DNA of 63,905 nucleotides, filler included. It is 8 parts of 8 records of this genome, joined end to end, with 100 filler letters (N's around TTAATTAATTAA, not from the genome) between each part and the next. Parts side by side here need not be neighbours in the genome. Positions count along the whole stretch, not along the records: positions 58,060 to 63,905 come from SRR31147125_10096; 7 more parts are not named here. One strand, given 5' to 3'. The stretch's first letter is position 1, and the number at the start of each line of letters is the position of its first letter. Positions 61,937-63,905 of the stretch are shown here, piece after piece. The notes under the pieces were generated by a model. It worked only from the letters and a program-made list of their open reading frames with translations, had not been told where the DNA came from and searched no databases. The position numbers and the translations under genes are program-made.

Positions 61937-62446
61937 ATGAGATACCTTACAAATAATAATGGATTTACTCTTCTCGAAATTCTCGTGGCATTGGTGATCT
62001 TTGCTGTCGGGATTTTAGGGGCCTATTCATTACAGATTACTTCGATCAAAGGGAACAGCAACAGCAGACTTATCAGCGAAGCCACCAATGATGGTGCAGG
62101 TCGCATTGAACAGCTTTTGTCCTGGGATTATAACCATCCGGCATTGATTGATGATGATGATGGGAAAGACGAAACAGATGCAGACGCAGATGTTGATAGT
62201 GGTGACGGAACAGGAGAAGATGCGAACAATGATGGCATTGATGATGATGGCGGTTTTTTTGGCCTCGATGATTTAACAAATCCGGATGGGGCAGCAGACC
62301 GAAATGGTGATGGAATAAACGATATTTTCTGGAACATAGCTATCGATCATCCCATGCCAAATACGAAGACAATCAAGTTTCACATAAGACCGTCAGGAGC
62401 CGGTGAAGCTGTGGAGTTGGAGTATGTAAAAGCAGATGTCATATAA
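61937..62446 (+). CDS. pilV: PilV-family minor pilin
   Basis: GFTLLEILVALVIFAVGILG..LQITSIKGN. Confidence 0.78.
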   Translation: MRYLTNNNGFTLLEILVALVIFAVGILGAYSLQITSIKGNSNSRLISEATNDGAGRIEQLLSWDYNHPALIDDDDGKDETDADADVDSGDGTGEDANNDGIDDDGGFFGLDDLTNPDGAADRNGDGINDIFWNIAIDHPMPNTKTIKFHIRPSGAGEAVELEYVKADVI

Positions 62447-62463
62447 ATAGAGGGTTGGATCTG

Positions 62464-63018
62464 ATGAAAAATAAATTAAAGAATGAGCAGGGGTTTGTTT
62501 TGATAACCTCGCTGATGATGCTCACCGTCTTAATGATTATTGGTATTGCAGCAACCAATACCACTGAAGTTGAGTTGCAGATAGCGGGTAATGATAAGGC
62601 CGGTAAAATGACTTTTTATGCGGCTGAAGCTGGGAATGAGATCAGCAAAGAGTTGATAGAAGAATCGGTTTATGAACGAGGCTGGCAAGATGAAGTCGGA
62701 ACAACGAAATCTTTGGGGCTTGTCACGATTCGGAATAAGGATTTTTGGTTAAACCCTGACCTCCAAACAGTCGAAGTTCCTACCGCGACAAACAGGGATG
62801 TTGATTTAGCTTTTGGTCGAGGGGACACATATCTACGAATGGGTACGAACAGTCGGCTTTCATCCGGTGGTGCTATTCAGATGGCTGCCGGTTATGAAGG
62901 GATCGGTAAGGGTGCTGCTGGCGGAGGTTCTTGGCTGATTTTTGATGTGCGTTCGCGTCACGAAGGGGTTAACAGCAGTCAGTCCCAGATTCGTGGTCAA
63001 TGGCGTCACGTTAATTAA
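62464..63018 (+). CDS. pilX: PilX-family minor pilin
   Basis: NEQGFVLITSL (no Glu5), IAGNDK, FYAAEAG. Confidence 0.8.
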   Translation: MKNKLKNEQGFVLITSLMMLTVLMIIGIAATNTTEVELQIAGNDKAGKMTFYAAEAGNEISKELIEESVYERGWQDEVGTTKSLGLVTIRNKDFWLNPDLQTVEVPTATNRDVDLAFGRGDTYLRMGTNSRLSSGGAIQMAAGYEGIGKGAAGGGSWLIFDVRSRHEGVNSSQSQIRGQWRHVN

Positions 63019-63030
63019 TAGGAGTTTGAA

Positions 63031-63354
63031 ATGCTAAAAACAAGCGTGCTTCTGGTGACGTTGGTCTTGCTCTCTGGGATGTTTGTTGTGAGCTTTGCCG
63101 ATGGGAATGGCTGGCGACAGTGGGTGTCTGGAGAGGTGACTGCGGAAGTTTTTAAAGAGGGAGACTTCAATCGGATAGAAGTTAACAATATTAGGTATAC
63201 GTTTATGCCTGATGCACGAGTCTGGCGAGTTAGCAGGCAAAGCCATGGTGGATATATCGAGACGCCAATCACGTTGCTTAATGTCTACAGAAGCCAAAGT
63301 GTCGAAATGCTTGTCCATGGTTTTCGCATTCATCAATTAAAAGTGACTCCGTAG
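63031..63354 (+). CDS. Exported hypothetical protein in the pilus operon
   Basis: Signal peptide; AGGAG RBS. Confidence 0.65.
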   Translation: MLKTSVLLVTLVLLSGMFVVSFADGNGWRQWVSGEVTAEVFKEGDFNRIEVNNIRYTFMPDARVWRVSRQSHGGYIETPITLLNVYRSQSVEMLVHGFRIHQLKVTP

Positions 63355-63363
63355 GAGGGTCGT

Positions 63364-63905
63364 ATGGCATTTTATAGGTTCGTGCTTTGTATGGTGTTGG
63401 TGCTTCCGTTAAGTTTTTATCTGCCCGCTGAGAGTGCTGCTGAAACGGTTGATGATTACAGTATTCTGCCTCCATTCGTTAACTCTGGCGTCCCGCCTCT
63501 GGTTATGTTGACCATGGCTCGGAATCACAAGCTTTATTACGAAGCATACAATGACATTACAGATCTGGATGGCGATGCTGTTATTGATATTGGATATAAA
63601 GGCTATCACACGGCTTTAGATGGTAGCGATCACTCTGCGGATGCCATTGATTATTATGGCTATTTTGATTCGTTCAAATGTTACGAATATGACTCAACAG
63701 ACAGCCGGTTTAATCCGTCCAGTGTGTCAACAGATAAATCCTGTTCCGGCGTAAATGAGTGGAGTGGTGATTTTCTAAACTACGTCACCATGTCACGTAT
63801 GGACACACTGCGAAAAGTCCTATACGGGGGATATCGTTCGACTGATACAACCTCTGCGACAGTCCTTGAGCGGGTTTTTATCCCTCAGGATGCGCATTCT
63901 TGGGG
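63364..63905 (+). CDS. pilY1: PilY1/PilC pilus adhesin, 5' part
   Basis: Manual translation: PPLVMLTMARNHKLYYEAYND, YYGYFDSFKCY, WSGDFLNYVTMSRMDTLRKVLYGG, IPQDAHSWG. Confidence 0.82.
   Translation, partial: MAFYRFVLCMVLVLPLSFYLPAESAAETVDDYSILPPFVNSGVPPLVMLTMARNHKLYYEAYNDITDLDGDAVIDIGYKGYHTALDGSDHSADAIDYYGYFDSFKCYEYDSTDSRFNPSSVSTDKSCSGVNEWSGDFLNYVTMSRMDTLRKVLYGGYRSTDTTSATVLERVFIPQDAHSW

Noticed and set aside
1-63905. tRNA, rRNA, IS transposase or prophage genes
   Set aside because: None recognised by eye; a tRNAscan/Rfam/ISfinder run would be needed to exclude them formally.

Overview
This window is not one locus. It is eight unrelated contigs joined by 100-nt artificial linkers (N44-TTAATTAATTAA-N44), so gene neighbourhoods mean something only within a contig. 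Taxonomic labels below are inferred from gene content. (1) 1-8309, Desulfuromonadales-like: CHASE sensor, SH3 protein, a GlrK-QseG-GlrR-like system with two TGTC-N10-GACA boxes and a sigma54 promoter, and radical SAM genes. (2) 8410-20879, housekeeping: scpB, rluB, TPR, ExeA-family ATPase, mutL-miaA-hfq, DUF512, copA, LOG-like, DHH. (3) 20980-28708: one 2574-aa acidic Ig-repeat T9SS substrate (Bacteroidota). (4) 28809-35749: dapA-family end, sodium:solute symporter, Lys-rich microprotein, GH3, protease. (5) 35850-42710: PEP-CTERM/XrtA-type exopolysaccharide cluster. Here a GxxExxY PD-(D/E)XK nuclease gene sits inside a tandem array of 10-nt-periodic inverted-repeat elements; this is the top finding. 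(6) 42811-51285: [FeFe]-hydrogenase-like sensor kinases and a multi-receiver phosphorelay directly upstream of hypA-hypB-hypF. (7) 51386-57959, Spirochaete-like: eroded secreted-protein genes, a membrane-LuxR/helical-protein pair, a glycoside hydrolase, an EAL protein and a sugar ABC ATPase. (8) 58060-63905: ferredoxin, a sensor kinase and a type IV minor pilin/PilY1 operon. At least six genes in four contigs are split by single-base homopolymer deletions, most likely sequencing error.
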